This document shows positions 47,454-56,082 of a stretch of 64,000 nt of DNA, in pieces. The stretch's first letter is position 1; each line of letters opens with the position of its first letter. The notes under the pieces were generated by a model. The model did not search any database and was not told where the DNA came from. It was given only the letters and a program-made list of their open reading frames with translations. The translations under genes were made by a program, and so were the position numbers. Source of the stretch: Candidatus Heimdallarchaeota archaeon (lineage in GTDB: Archaea > Asgardarchaeota > Heimdallarchaeia > Hodarchaeales > Hodarchaeaceae); NCBI GenBank assembly GCA_020353515.1, contig CP070695.1, forward strand, positions 2,706,155 through 2,770,154, in the 5' to 3' direction.

Positions 47454-49421
47454 GTGAAAATTCCCTATTTTGGAAAAATAAGGTTATTCTGGTGTGATTC
47501 ATGTCATGTTCCTCTCATTCGTGAAAAATGTTCTTCATGTGAAATGAAAGGGAGAAAGGTTAAGGTTTCTCCTCCTGGTGATATCCGGCCCGCTTTTGAT
47601 GGTGATCTGAAACAAATGGTTTCAGTAGTACAATTTCAATTTGGTGATGTTGCAGCCCAAAAGTTTCAGAGTCTTATTGAGAATCAGGTGATTCTCCTAA
47701 ATAAGGTACCATATCTTGACCGCATGGATGAGATAATTATCCAGGGTGAGGTTGTTGGAGTATTTCGGTTTAATTTAATCAAAGAAAGCTTTGAGTTGCT
47801 ACCAAGACTTAACTTGGCATCACAAATATGGGATATAAAATCGACTAGGTGGGTAGCTGTTGATAAAGGAGCTAAAAAATCGATTATTAAGGGAGCTTCA
47901 GTACTTTCTCCTGGTGTTGTATATGCAGATGCACATATTTCTGTTGATGATCCTGTTTTAGTTATCTGTGAAAACAAGATAATCGCAGTAGGCCTTGCTA
48001 AGATGAATGGTCACCAAATGGGACCGAAGAATAGGGGGGTTGCTATTAAGACCAAATATCGGAAAAAAACTGAAAATATTTTAAACCCATTTCCCTCAAA
48101 ATGGAGAAGAATAATAGAAGCAAACATACAATCCTTAGAAACAATAGAAAAAGAGGCAATTGAATTCATTGAACGAACATCTGAGAGATCTAACAGGCAT
48201 TTAGTAGCATTTTCGGGAGGAAAGGATTCTCTAGTGACACTAGATCTTGTAGCACACTCCTCTGTGGACTATGAGATTATTTTTTCTGATACAGGACTAG
48301 AATATCCGGAAGTACTGGAAAATATAAAAAAAATAGAACAGAAATATCAAAAGAGGGTAATTGTGGAAAAAAATAAGTGGGATTTTTGGGAACGATTTGA
48401 ATTGTTTGGACCACCTTCAAGAAATTCCCGATGGTGCTGCAAATCAGCTAAGCTGTCTCCAATAAACGAAATACTGGAAAATTTTTTTTCTAAAGATAAA
48501 CAGATTCTTTGTTATATCGGGAAGAGAAGATATGAATCATTGGGGAGGTCTCGTGAACCTCGAGTCTCAAAAAATCCGTGGATTCCTAAACAAGTGACCG
48601 CTGCACCGATAGACAATTGGAATGCTTTTGAAGTTTTTTTGTATATCCACAAACACAAACTCACCAAATATCTAAATCCACTGTATAACCAGGGTTTTAT
48701 TCGTATAGGATGTTGGGTATGTCCAGCCTCCTCATTAAGTGACTTCGAAATTATGAAAGAATCGCATCCCGAGTTATATACTAAATTAAATCAAAAATTA
48801 CTCAAAATCCAAGATCAACAGGGATTTCCAAACCAATTCACATCATGGGGATTGTGGAGGTGGAAATACCTTCCTAAGAAGATTTTAAATCTATTAAATA
48901 AGGAAAAAGTGGCTTACAATAGTTCTAATTATTCAATTCTTTCAGACCAGAAATTATTTTTTGAATCCACAACTGAAGTTTCTCCCTGTGTTAATGGAGG
49001 TTTTTCGACCCTTTTGTCTGCAAACCAAATGTTAGATCTCTCTAGAATAAGGAAATTAATCCCCATTTTGGGTTCGGTTCAATACAATGCCGAATTGGAT
49101 ATTCTTTCAATTCAAATGAAAAATGGCCAAATAGATATCTTCAGTGATGGCTCGATTTTATTTAAGAATATTGATAAAAATTCATTAGTAAGCCAGATTT
49201 CTCCTCTCATTAAGATATTATATCGGATCACACATTGTGATGGCTGCGGGGTCTGTACTTACTCATGTCGAGAAAAGGCTCTTGTTGTTAAGTCAGGAAT
49301 TATCAACGTTCTTGAAGATCGGTGTATTCACTGTCTAGACTGTAACGATTTCTGTCCATTATTGAAATATCAAAATGAGAAATCTTTCTTAATTCCTTCC
49401 AACGGATTAAAGAGATCTTAA
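47454..49421 (+). CDS. PAPS-reductase-family protein with PUA and ferredoxin domains
   Basis: Zn ribbon, PPGDIRPAF, PUA (GASVLSPGV), FSGGKDS, RWCC, RIGCWVC, C-terminal 2x CxxCxxC. Confidence 0.88.
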   Translation: MKIPYFGKIRLFWCDSCHVPLIREKCSSCEMKGRKVKVSPPGDIRPAFDGDLKQMVSVVQFQFGDVAAQKFQSLIENQVILLNKVPYLDRMDEIIIQGEVVGVFRFNLIKESFELLPRLNLASQIWDIKSTRWVAVDKGAKKSIIKGASVLSPGVVYADAHISVDDPVLVICENKIIAVGLAKMNGHQMGPKNRGVAIKTKYRKKTENILNPFPSKWRRIIEANIQSLETIEKEAIEFIERTSERSNRHLVAFSGGKDSLVTLDLVAHSSVDYEIIFSDTGLEYPEVLENIKKIEQKYQKRVIVEKNKWDFWERFELFGPPSRNSRWCCKSAKLSPINEILENFFSKDKQILCYIGKRRYESLGRSREPRVSKNPWIPKQVTAAPIDNWNAFEVFLYIHKHKLTKYLNPLYNQGFIRIGCWVCPASSLSDFEIMKESHPELYTKLNQKLLKIQDQQGFPNQFTSWGLWRWKYLPKKILNLLNKEKVAYNSSNYSILSDQKLFFESTTEVSPCVNGGFSTLLSANQMLDLSRIRKLIPILGSVQYNAELDILSIQMKNGQIDIFSDGSILFKNIDKNSLVSQISPLIKILYRITHCDGCGVCTYSCREKALVVKSGIINVLEDRCIHCLDCNDFCPLLKYQNEKSFLIPSNGLKRS

Positions 49422-49637
49422 TATTAAAACAGTAAAGATCTAATGAAACATATTTTTTTTTACACATTCTTTAGGAATAGCGATTTTAATGTCAATTAGT
49501 AGGTAATATCACTTGTATTTTTTTCAGAGGAATCTTAAATGGAGACAAGTTCATGATTTGTATGACTCAAGATAGAGAAAAACACAAAAAAACGAGACAT
49601 CATCAACGAAATGAACGGTGTTTGGAGAATATAAGGT

Positions 49638-50180
49638 GTGAACGGTCGTAAAGAGCGAGTAATTGACGGAGCCAAATCAATTCTCTCAACAAGAGGATTT
49701 AGTGTCACTTCTGAAGTTGAAAAAGAAGAATATTATGATATTTATGGAAAAGACGCCGAAAAAAAAACCATAATTGTACGAATCCCTACAAAAGAAGTCG
49801 TTGGGGTTCGCTTATTACGTGATTATAAGGAAGAAATAGAGAAAAAAGGTTACGATCATGCTATCTTACTCGCATTGAATAAATACACTCATTATGCGAA
49901 GCGTGAAGCCAAAGCTGCTGGAATTGAAACATTCTCAATAAAATTTCCTTTCTTCAATTTGTTTAAGCATTACCTAGTTCCTCTACATGAATTTGCAACA
50001 GAAGAAGAGATTAATGAACTAGAGAAAAGATATTCGATCTTTAAACATCAATTACCAAAAATATCAGCAGAAGATCCAGCTGTACAGCTTCTAGGTGCTA
50101 AAGTGGGAGATATATTGAAAATAGTTCGTAATAGTCCCACTGCAGGCGAATTTATTATATATCGTGCTGTAGTACCCTGA
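49638..50180 (+). CDS. rpoH: RNA polymerase subunit H/Rpo5 with RPB5-like N-terminal domain
   Basis: C-terminal HYLVPLHE...QLPKI...DP...GDILKIVRNSPTAG..YR; about 100 extra N-terminal residues. Confidence 0.93.
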   Translation: MNGRKERVIDGAKSILSTRGFSVTSEVEKEEYYDIYGKDAEKKTIIVRIPTKEVVGVRLLRDYKEEIEKKGYDHAILLALNKYTHYAKREAKAAGIETFSIKFPFFNLFKHYLVPLHEFATEEEINELEKRYSIFKHQLPKISAEDPAVQLLGAKVGDILKIVRNSPTAGEFIIYRAVVP

Positions 50181-50332
50181 TTAAAAGGCTCTGAGGAGTG
50201 GTGTTGACAGTTGTGGTTCAACCTAGTACATAAAAAAGACTGGATATTGGGTAAGATTCGACCTCCAACGTCTTCAAAGCTTCTTCTGCCAACTGAAAAT
50301 GTGACTTGTGACATTCTATTCATAAAAAATGA

Positions 50333-51625
50333 GTGAACATTAAGAATGAGGAAATTTCATTGAGTAAACCAAAGATCTATTGGATTCTGATAGTCGTAGT
50401 ATTCTTTCTAACTTTACTTACGACTAACAATGCGAATTTACACGTAAAAACAGTACAAGGGGCAGTTAAGCCCACTCTTGAGTCTGAAATCGTTATAGGA
50501 ATCGATTTAAGCCATAATAATGATGTTAATTCAACAGAAATAGCGAATTTAACATCAATCCTTAATACAACTTTTACTCAACAAATTGTATTCCTCAATG
50601 AGAAATTTACTTCAGAAAGTCTATCAGACATTGATGTTTTAACTATATTGGCACCTACAACACCTTTTGATCTTGATCTAGAGGAAGCAAAGGTTGTAGA
50701 AGAATTCATAAAAGCTGGGAAGTCTTTATTGATAGCTTCTGGTTTTAGGAACCAGACAAGAGAACCACTAAACGATCTTCTAAACGTTTATGGTTTAAAA
50801 TTTAATTTTTCAAGATCTATAATATCAGAGAGAGCATTGGCAAGAAACTTTACAACCCCAAAGATTCCTTTAACGGAGAATATTTCTCAACTTATTTGTC
50901 CAAACGGACTGGGAATTTCATTTAATGAATCCAAATTAGAAAGCTATCAATCTCCTGCAATTTTATTTTATAACCCCATTTTACTTGTTAATTCAGATGA
51001 AGCCCCATCTGAGAACAATACTTTGATTTCAAGTCTAGAGTTTGAAAATGGGGCTCGAATATTGGCTATAGGATCAGCAGAAATGTTTAATAACAGTTAT
51101 ATTGAACCACTTGCCAATACTTCAAGTATTTTCTTAGATAACACAGATTTTTTTGTTAATGCAATTAAATGGTTAGGAAGAAATACAGGAATCATAAATT
51201 TCTATGATCCGTGGGTAGACTTAGATGGTCAATCCATCAATATTGGTACAATTATTAATGGAAATGTCACTTTGGTGAATTCTCAAAACCAAAGTCTTTC
51301 ACAAGTTCAACTAACGATCTCCATTGAACGAACAGGTTCCATTTTAAGCTCAAGAGGAATGCAAATTTCACCAAATAATGCTTCAAGATATTTTGGTTGG
51401 GTGAGTACCGAAGATCTAGGTTTTGGTTATTGTGATATAATTTTTATGGCAATTCACATCGGATATATGCCAATTGAATTGACAGCTGGCCGTGTATACT
51501 TAGAACCTCCATTTCCCTCACGTCAAAACCCAAATCCTGCTATAATGGGATTATTTCTGGCATCTTCTTTCCTATTCGTATCAAGCGCAATATTCATTTA
51601 CTTAAATCTAGAAAAGAAGGAATAG
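50333..51625 (+). CDS. OST48/WBP1-like type I membrane protein
   Basis: Signal/anchor; GldG/OST48-like alpha/beta domain (IDLSHN, F..AGKSLLI, LNDLL..YG, GARILAIGS.EMF, N..F...IKWL..G); beta-sandwich; C-terminal TM with short Lys tail. Confidence 0.65.
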   Translation: MNIKNEEISLSKPKIYWILIVVVFFLTLLTTNNANLHVKTVQGAVKPTLESEIVIGIDLSHNNDVNSTEIANLTSILNTTFTQQIVFLNEKFTSESLSDIDVLTILAPTTPFDLDLEEAKVVEEFIKAGKSLLIASGFRNQTREPLNDLLNVYGLKFNFSRSIISERALARNFTTPKIPLTENISQLICPNGLGISFNESKLESYQSPAILFYNPILLVNSDEAPSENNTLISSLEFENGARILAIGSAEMFNNSYIEPLANTSSIFLDNTDFFVNAIKWLGRNTGIINFYDPWVDLDGQSINIGTIINGNVTLVNSQNQSLSQVQLTISIERTGSILSSRGMQISPNNASRYFGWVSTEDLGFGYCDIIFMAIHIGYMPIELTAGRVYLEPPFPSRQNPNPAIMGLFLASSFLFVSSAIFIYLNLEKKE

Positions 51626-51657
51626 GTCTAAGAAGTTGATTTTCCGTGCGATTCAAT

Positions 51658-52038
51658 TCACGAGAGAGTAGTTAAGGTCTCTGTTGTAAGCTTATAATCT
51701 TTTGGTAAGAGAAAGATATAATCTAACTTACCTAGATTCAGCATGTCATATTCATATTGCCGAATGAATGCATTTAATCGCTGTAAAACTCGTTTAGCGT
51801 CCATTGGTTTTTTTATTCGAAATTCTTTGTAAAAAATAATAATAAGGCTTCCGTTTTCCATCTCGAGCTCAATATCATCTGTATCCCTAAACTCTCCAAT
51901 AGAGATACAGCGGATTCTATTTTTTTGTGTTTTAAATGAATGGGTGAAAGTTCCTAATACGCTTAAAATTGATGGGCACATTTTTTTTTCCAAGTAAACA
52001 TGGGTGTATTTTTCTGAAGAGGTTATTTGAAAATACAT
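51658..52038 (-). CDS. Hypothetical protein
   Basis: 126-aa ATG ORF filling an otherwise empty gap. Confidence 0.5.
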   Translation of the reverse strand: MYFQITSSEKYTHVYLEKKMCPSILSVLGTFTHSFKTQKNRIRCISIGEFRDTDDIELEMENGSLIIIFYKEFRIKKPMDAKRVLQRLNAFIRQYEYDMLNLGKLDYIFLLPKDYKLTTETLTTLS

Positions 52039-52186
52039 CTTTAACCTTTATACATCCTCGGTTTCTTCATCATAGCTTAAATTTAATCATGATATTGCGG
52101 TAATAGGTCTTGTGAATAATAAAAGGTGTCATATCAAAGAAAAGTCACAAGTGAATACACATATCTGAACACTTGATTATTGAAAG

Positions 52187-52318
52187 CGGGCCCGAAGGGA
52201 TTTGAACCCCTGACCCCTGCGTATCTGCCAGTCTTATGCTTCTGACTTTCCGCAGCGCAGTACTCTATCCAGGCTTTGCCACACATATATCTTCGTAATG
52301 TGTATAAGCCACGGGCCC
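52187..52318 (-). tRNA. tRNA-Arg(GCG) with two introns (14/15: 52275-52304; 37/38: 52223-52249)
   Basis: Spliced form GGGCCCGTGGCTTA|GCCTGGATAGAGTACTGCGCTGCGG|ACGCAGGGGTCAGGGGTTCAAATCCCTTCGGGCCCG folds into a normal cloverleaf; junctions are BHB-like. Confidence 0.9.
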
Positions 52319-52723
52319 TTGTAAGAAAAATGACCATTTACATCGCTCTTATTAATACTCTTAAAATTTTGTTGTAGTTTTACGTTCAACATTATAGAAT
52401 AAGATTCATTTCTGAACTTTCTATCAAACCCTGGAAAATCTAAGTGTTCAATCTGGTGAAATGGAAGAAATTTGGCTTCCTCATGCTTTTTAAGTCAAAA
52501 TTTATCTTTACAAGCCTAAATTTTGTTATAATAGTTAGATTCTATGAAGTCCTTCTCCTCCTATTTAAGATAAACCTGTTGAAACCTTTTCACAAATGTA
52601 GCATTACTGGTACCATTTTCCCTTCTGATATTTGTCAATATATGATTTCTCTGAAAAAATAGAGTTCTATTATGAAAAAAATTAAAAGTCACAACGACAG
52701 GGAGAATCTAACTAAATTAAAGA

Positions 52724-53107
52724 ATGATTACCAAGAGGTTAATTGATATGAAAACTCCAACATTGATTGGTACACTAATATTTGTGATCAGTCTCATGAT
52801 CGCAATCATTATCGCACTACCACCCTACCCTGAGCGTGCTTATATTGAATTATTTTTGATCTGGTTCGGTGGAATTGTTGGGGGTATAGGACTTGGGTAT
52901 GGTAATCGCGAGAGTTTTGGGTTTGATGAAGGAAATAACGCAACTATTGTTGGAGGTCTCGGCCTCGGATGGAGCATTCTTGTTTCATTTTTGATGTATT
53001 ATTATGGCCATCCTCCGATTGATAGAGTCATTATATCATTTGTTGGTTCACTTGTGGCAATCCTTGGCTTATATATGCTGGTTGTATCCACTCAAGAATC
53101 TTATTAG
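52724..53107 (+). CDS. Hypothetical 4-TM membrane protein
   Basis: Four hydrophobic Gly-rich segments. Confidence 0.6.
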   Translation: MITKRLIDMKTPTLIGTLIFVISLMIAIIIALPPYPERAYIELFLIWFGGIVGGIGLGYGNRESFGFDEGNNATIVGGLGLGWSILVSFLMYYYGHPPIDRVIISFVGSLVAILGLYMLVVSTQESY

Positions 53108-53295
53108 CTTGTTTAGATTTTTTGCCCTTTTTGCTTTCGTGTTTATTGTAGAATGTTTCTTAGCAAGAAATCTCCCGATCTTTTGGAGAGAGATATCCCA
53201 AAATACAGTGAATTCTCCCATGAACTATAATTAATAGCGATATTTGATTCTAAGAGTTCGATATTAATGAGAAACAAAATAAATAATGTTCAAGA

Positions 53296-54615
53296 TTATA
53301 TGAAACCTCTTTTTTCTAGGATATCTTGTAGTGTTTTAGTACTTTTATCATCCATACCATAAGTAATACGAGTGTTAGGTTTGTTAATGTTTATTATTCT
53401 TCGCAAATCTATTGGGGTACCAATAATAACAGTATCAGCGTCGGTATTATTGATTGTTTCTTCAAGATCTTCAATCTGTTTTGCTCCATATCCCATCGCA
53501 GGTAAAACTTGTGAAAGGTGTGGATACTTTTTGAAAGTATCATTAATGGAACGAACAGCATATGGACGAGGATCAATAATTTCTGAGGCGTGATTAGCTT
53601 TAGCTGCAACCATCCCAGCACCATATTTCATGTCTCCATGAGTCACTGTTGGGCCATCTTCAACAACCAATACCCGTTTCTCTTTGATTTTATCTGGATC
53701 TTCAACTGTAACAATACTCTTAGCTTTTATGATTTGTGCTTTTGGATTCTCAGCTTTAATGGTCTCTATTAACGTTTCAATATCCTCTGTTTTAGCGGTA
53801 TCGACTTTATTCACAATTATAACATCACTAGCTAAAAGATTTGTATGGCCAGGATAATATGTAGTTTCATGTCCAAGACGATGGGGATCAGCGACAGTGA
53901 ACCACAAGTCCGCAACATAAAAAGGAAAGTCATTATTTCCTCCATCCCAAAGAATGATATCTGCTTCTTTTTCTGCTTCGATTAAAATTTTCCCGTAATC
54001 TACTCCTGCGAATACCAAGTTTCCCGCTACAATATGAGGAGCATATTCTTCACGTTCTTCTATAGTGCATTCATGTTTATCTAAATCAATCAGATCACCA
54101 AATCGCTGGCAAATTTGTTTTCTTAAATCCCCATAAGGCATTGGATGCCGAATAACTGCGACACGTTTTCCTCGCTGTCTAAGTATTTGTCCTAATTTCC
54201 TTGTAACCTGACTCTTACCAGCTCCAGTTCTGACCGCGCATACCGCAATAACTGGCTTGTTAGACTTAATACAAGTATGTTTAATTCCCATTAACCTAAA
54301 ATCTGCCCCAATTGCAAGGATATGAGAAGCCTTCTGCATAACTTGTACATGAGAGATATCTGAATAAGACATAATTACCTGATCGGCTTCATATTGTTTA
54401 ATTAAGGAGGCTAAATCTTCTTCTGGATAAATAGGGATACCATCAGGATATAAGGATCCAGTCAACTCTTTAGGATATTTTCTTCCTGAAATATCTGGAA
54501 TTTGCGTTGCAGTAAAGGCTACCACGTCATAAATTTCATTATCACGAAAATAAGTGTTAAAATTATGGAAATCTCGTCCAGCAGCTCCTAGAATTATTGT
54601 TTTCATTCTTTTCAT
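53296..54615 (-). CDS. COG2403 P-loop protein (arginine synthetase ArcE / cyclic 2,3-diphosphoglycerate synthase family)
   Basis: ILGAAGRDFHNFN, AVRTGAGKS, RHPMPYGDL, WDGGNND, VEDGPT, LPAMGY. Confidence 0.8.
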   Translation of the reverse strand: MKRMKTIILGAAGRDFHNFNTYFRDNEIYDVVAFTATQIPDISGRKYPKELTGSLYPDGIPIYPEEDLASLIKQYEADQVIMSYSDISHVQVMQKASHILAIGADFRLMGIKHTCIKSNKPVIAVCAVRTGAGKSQVTRKLGQILRQRGKRVAVIRHPMPYGDLRKQICQRFGDLIDLDKHECTIEEREEYAPHIVAGNLVFAGVDYGKILIEAEKEADIILWDGGNNDFPFYVADLWFTVADPHRLGHETTYYPGHTNLLASDVIIVNKVDTAKTEDIETLIETIKAENPKAQIIKAKSIVTVEDPDKIKEKRVLVVEDGPTVTHGDMKYGAGMVAAKANHASEIIDPRPYAVRSINDTFKKYPHLSQVLPAMGYGAKQIEDLEETINNTDADTVIIGTPIDLRRIININKPNTRITYGMDDKSTKTLQDILEKRGFI

Positions 54616-54981
54616 TGCAGGATACCCCTAATTTTTAGTGATAGAAGGAAAAAAAGGCTGAATTTTTAAAATATTCTTTTGTAATTGCAAAAATTGATAC
54701 GAATTTAGAAAAATTCATAACAAATCGTTGTAAATTAATTTCAAAAATATATACAAGTCAAACCATTAATAACTATCCTAACAAAATTCCACTTCTTGGA
54801 CATATCCCGACCAATTCAGAGTGAAATCATCATAAAAGGTTAGAGATGGTAATTTAGTAATATCCTAACACAGCACAAATCAGTCTATATTAATTACTAA
54901 GCTTAGAGCAGGTTAAAATACAGAAAACACAAATAAAAATTTGCAAAAATCATATGTTTAGATAATTTAGAGGAAAATACG

Positions 54982-55299
54982 ATGAGTTCTGACCTTGAAG
55001 GATGGTTTAACTTCCCTAAACCCGTAAAATTGCTGGATATCTCTCTTATTGGGTATATTGTCATTTTAGTAGTTGCAACAATACTTTACTTGGCTATTCT
55101 CGACCATACCGTACAGAATTTAATGCCTATATTTCTTACAGCCATATTAGCCTTGATTACATGGAACTTTCGGACACAGTTATTAAAAACCTCAGATCCT
55201 AACATGCATAAACGGTACTTTCGTGAATGGATTGTTATTTGTATTTGCATCATTGTGTTTATTGGAGTAATTCTCATTGTTTATCCAGTAACATATTAA
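54982..55299 (+). CDS. OST2/DAD1-like 3-TM protein
   Basis: 105 aa, three TM helices; P..VKLLD, FRTQ and RYFREW align by eye with DAD1 P.RLKLLD, LRIQ and RAFADF. Confidence 0.6.
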   Translation: MSSDLEGWFNFPKPVKLLDISLIGYIVILVVATILYLAILDHTVQNLMPIFLTAILALITWNFRTQLLKTSDPNMHKRYFREWIVICICIIVFIGVILIVYPVTY

Positions 55300-55346
55300 T
55301 TAAAATTACGTTTTCTGATTAAAATTTTGAAGAAAAAAATATCTTC

Positions 55347-55418
55347 TCACTAGTGATGATGTTATCCCCGGATGAGTTGTGTTACAACTATGAACGTAAG
55401 AAGAGCCGTCTGAAGTGA
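55347..55418 (+). ncRNA. Double-guide box C/D sRNA targeting 23S rRNA PTC
   Basis: Terminal stem TCACT/AGTGA; C box GTGATGA 55353-59; guide TGTTATCCCCGG; D' ATGA; hairpin; guide GAAGAGCCG; D box CTGA 55410-13; guides are complementary to conserved 23S CCGGGGAUAACA and CGGCUCUUC. Confidence 0.9.
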
Positions 55419-55455
55419 TTCCTGAAGTTCAATTTTGAATATGAGATGAATAGAA

Positions 55456-55746
55456 ATGAAAAAGGACTTAATGGACATTTTAGCCTGTCCGATCTGTAAA
55501 AATATCGAATTAAAATTATTTGTTTTTAAAGAAGATGAGAGAGAAATTGAATCTGGTCTTATTTTTTGTTCCAAGTGTAATCGATATTATCCAATCAAGG
55601 GAACAATACCAGTCATGCTGCCAGACGATCTGAGAAAAGAAGATGAAGACTTGAAATTTCTTTCAGCTAATCAAGAGAAAATTCCGCCAAAAATTCTAAC
55701 AGAAGGAAAGCCTTTTCCTTTGTCTAACCGAAAAAAAGGAGTATAA
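55456..55746 (+). CDS. trm112: Trm112-family methyltransferase activator
   Basis: LMDILACPICK...EIESGLIFCSKCNRYYPI..TIPVMLPD. Confidence 0.92.
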   Translation: MKKDLMDILACPICKNIELKLFVFKEDEREIESGLIFCSKCNRYYPIKGTIPVMLPDDLRKEDEDLKFLSANQEKIPPKILTEGKPFPLSNRKKGV

Positions 55747-55791
55747 ATGAATTAAAAGCCTTCTTTCATTCGATAAGGAGTAAAGAGGGAA

Positions 55792-55864
55792 TAGCCCCGC
55801 TCAGATTCGAACTGAGGTCACTAGGGCCAAAGCCTAGAATGATGGTCCGCTACACTACGGGGCT
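55792..55864 (-). tRNA. tRNA-Gln(TTG)
   Basis: AGCCCCG/CGGGGCT acceptor with archaeal A1-U72, CTAGG-CT TTG GC-CCTAG, CTCAG-TTCGAAT-CTGAG. Confidence 0.95.
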
Positions 55865-56082
55865 GAAAGCGCTGCGACAACACACATCACCCTGATTGCA
55901 GATTCAGGGCAACAAACTTCACATGCACGACATTCAAAACATGAATCTGGATTTAAGACTTTTATCTTTTCTCTTTTTTCTGCAATCAGGATTTCTGCTG
56001 GACAACTACGGACACATTTCAAACAGCGAATGCAGAGGTCGTGATCGATGAGTATATGAGGAGCTATTCTTTCGCACCTCAT
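55855..56082 (-). CDS. 2[4Fe-4S] ferredoxin
   Basis: CIRCLKCVRSCP and CFECRACEVCCP; start overlaps the ribophorin I stop (ATGA); stop lies inside tRNA-Gln. Confidence 0.88.
   Translation of the reverse strand: MRCERIAPHILIDHDLCIRCLKCVRSCPAEILIAEKREKIKVLNPDSCFECRACEVCCPESAIRVMCVVAALSAP

Noticed and set aside
51590-51625. ER-retrieval KKXX signal on the OST48-like protein
   Set aside because: It ends EKKE, with lysines at -3/-2, not the canonical -3/-4 or -3/-5
52134-52337. 67-aa ORF in the track
   Set aside because: Merely spans tRNA-Arg
55362-55574. 70-aa minus-strand ORF
   Set aside because: Antisense to the C/D sRNA and trm112
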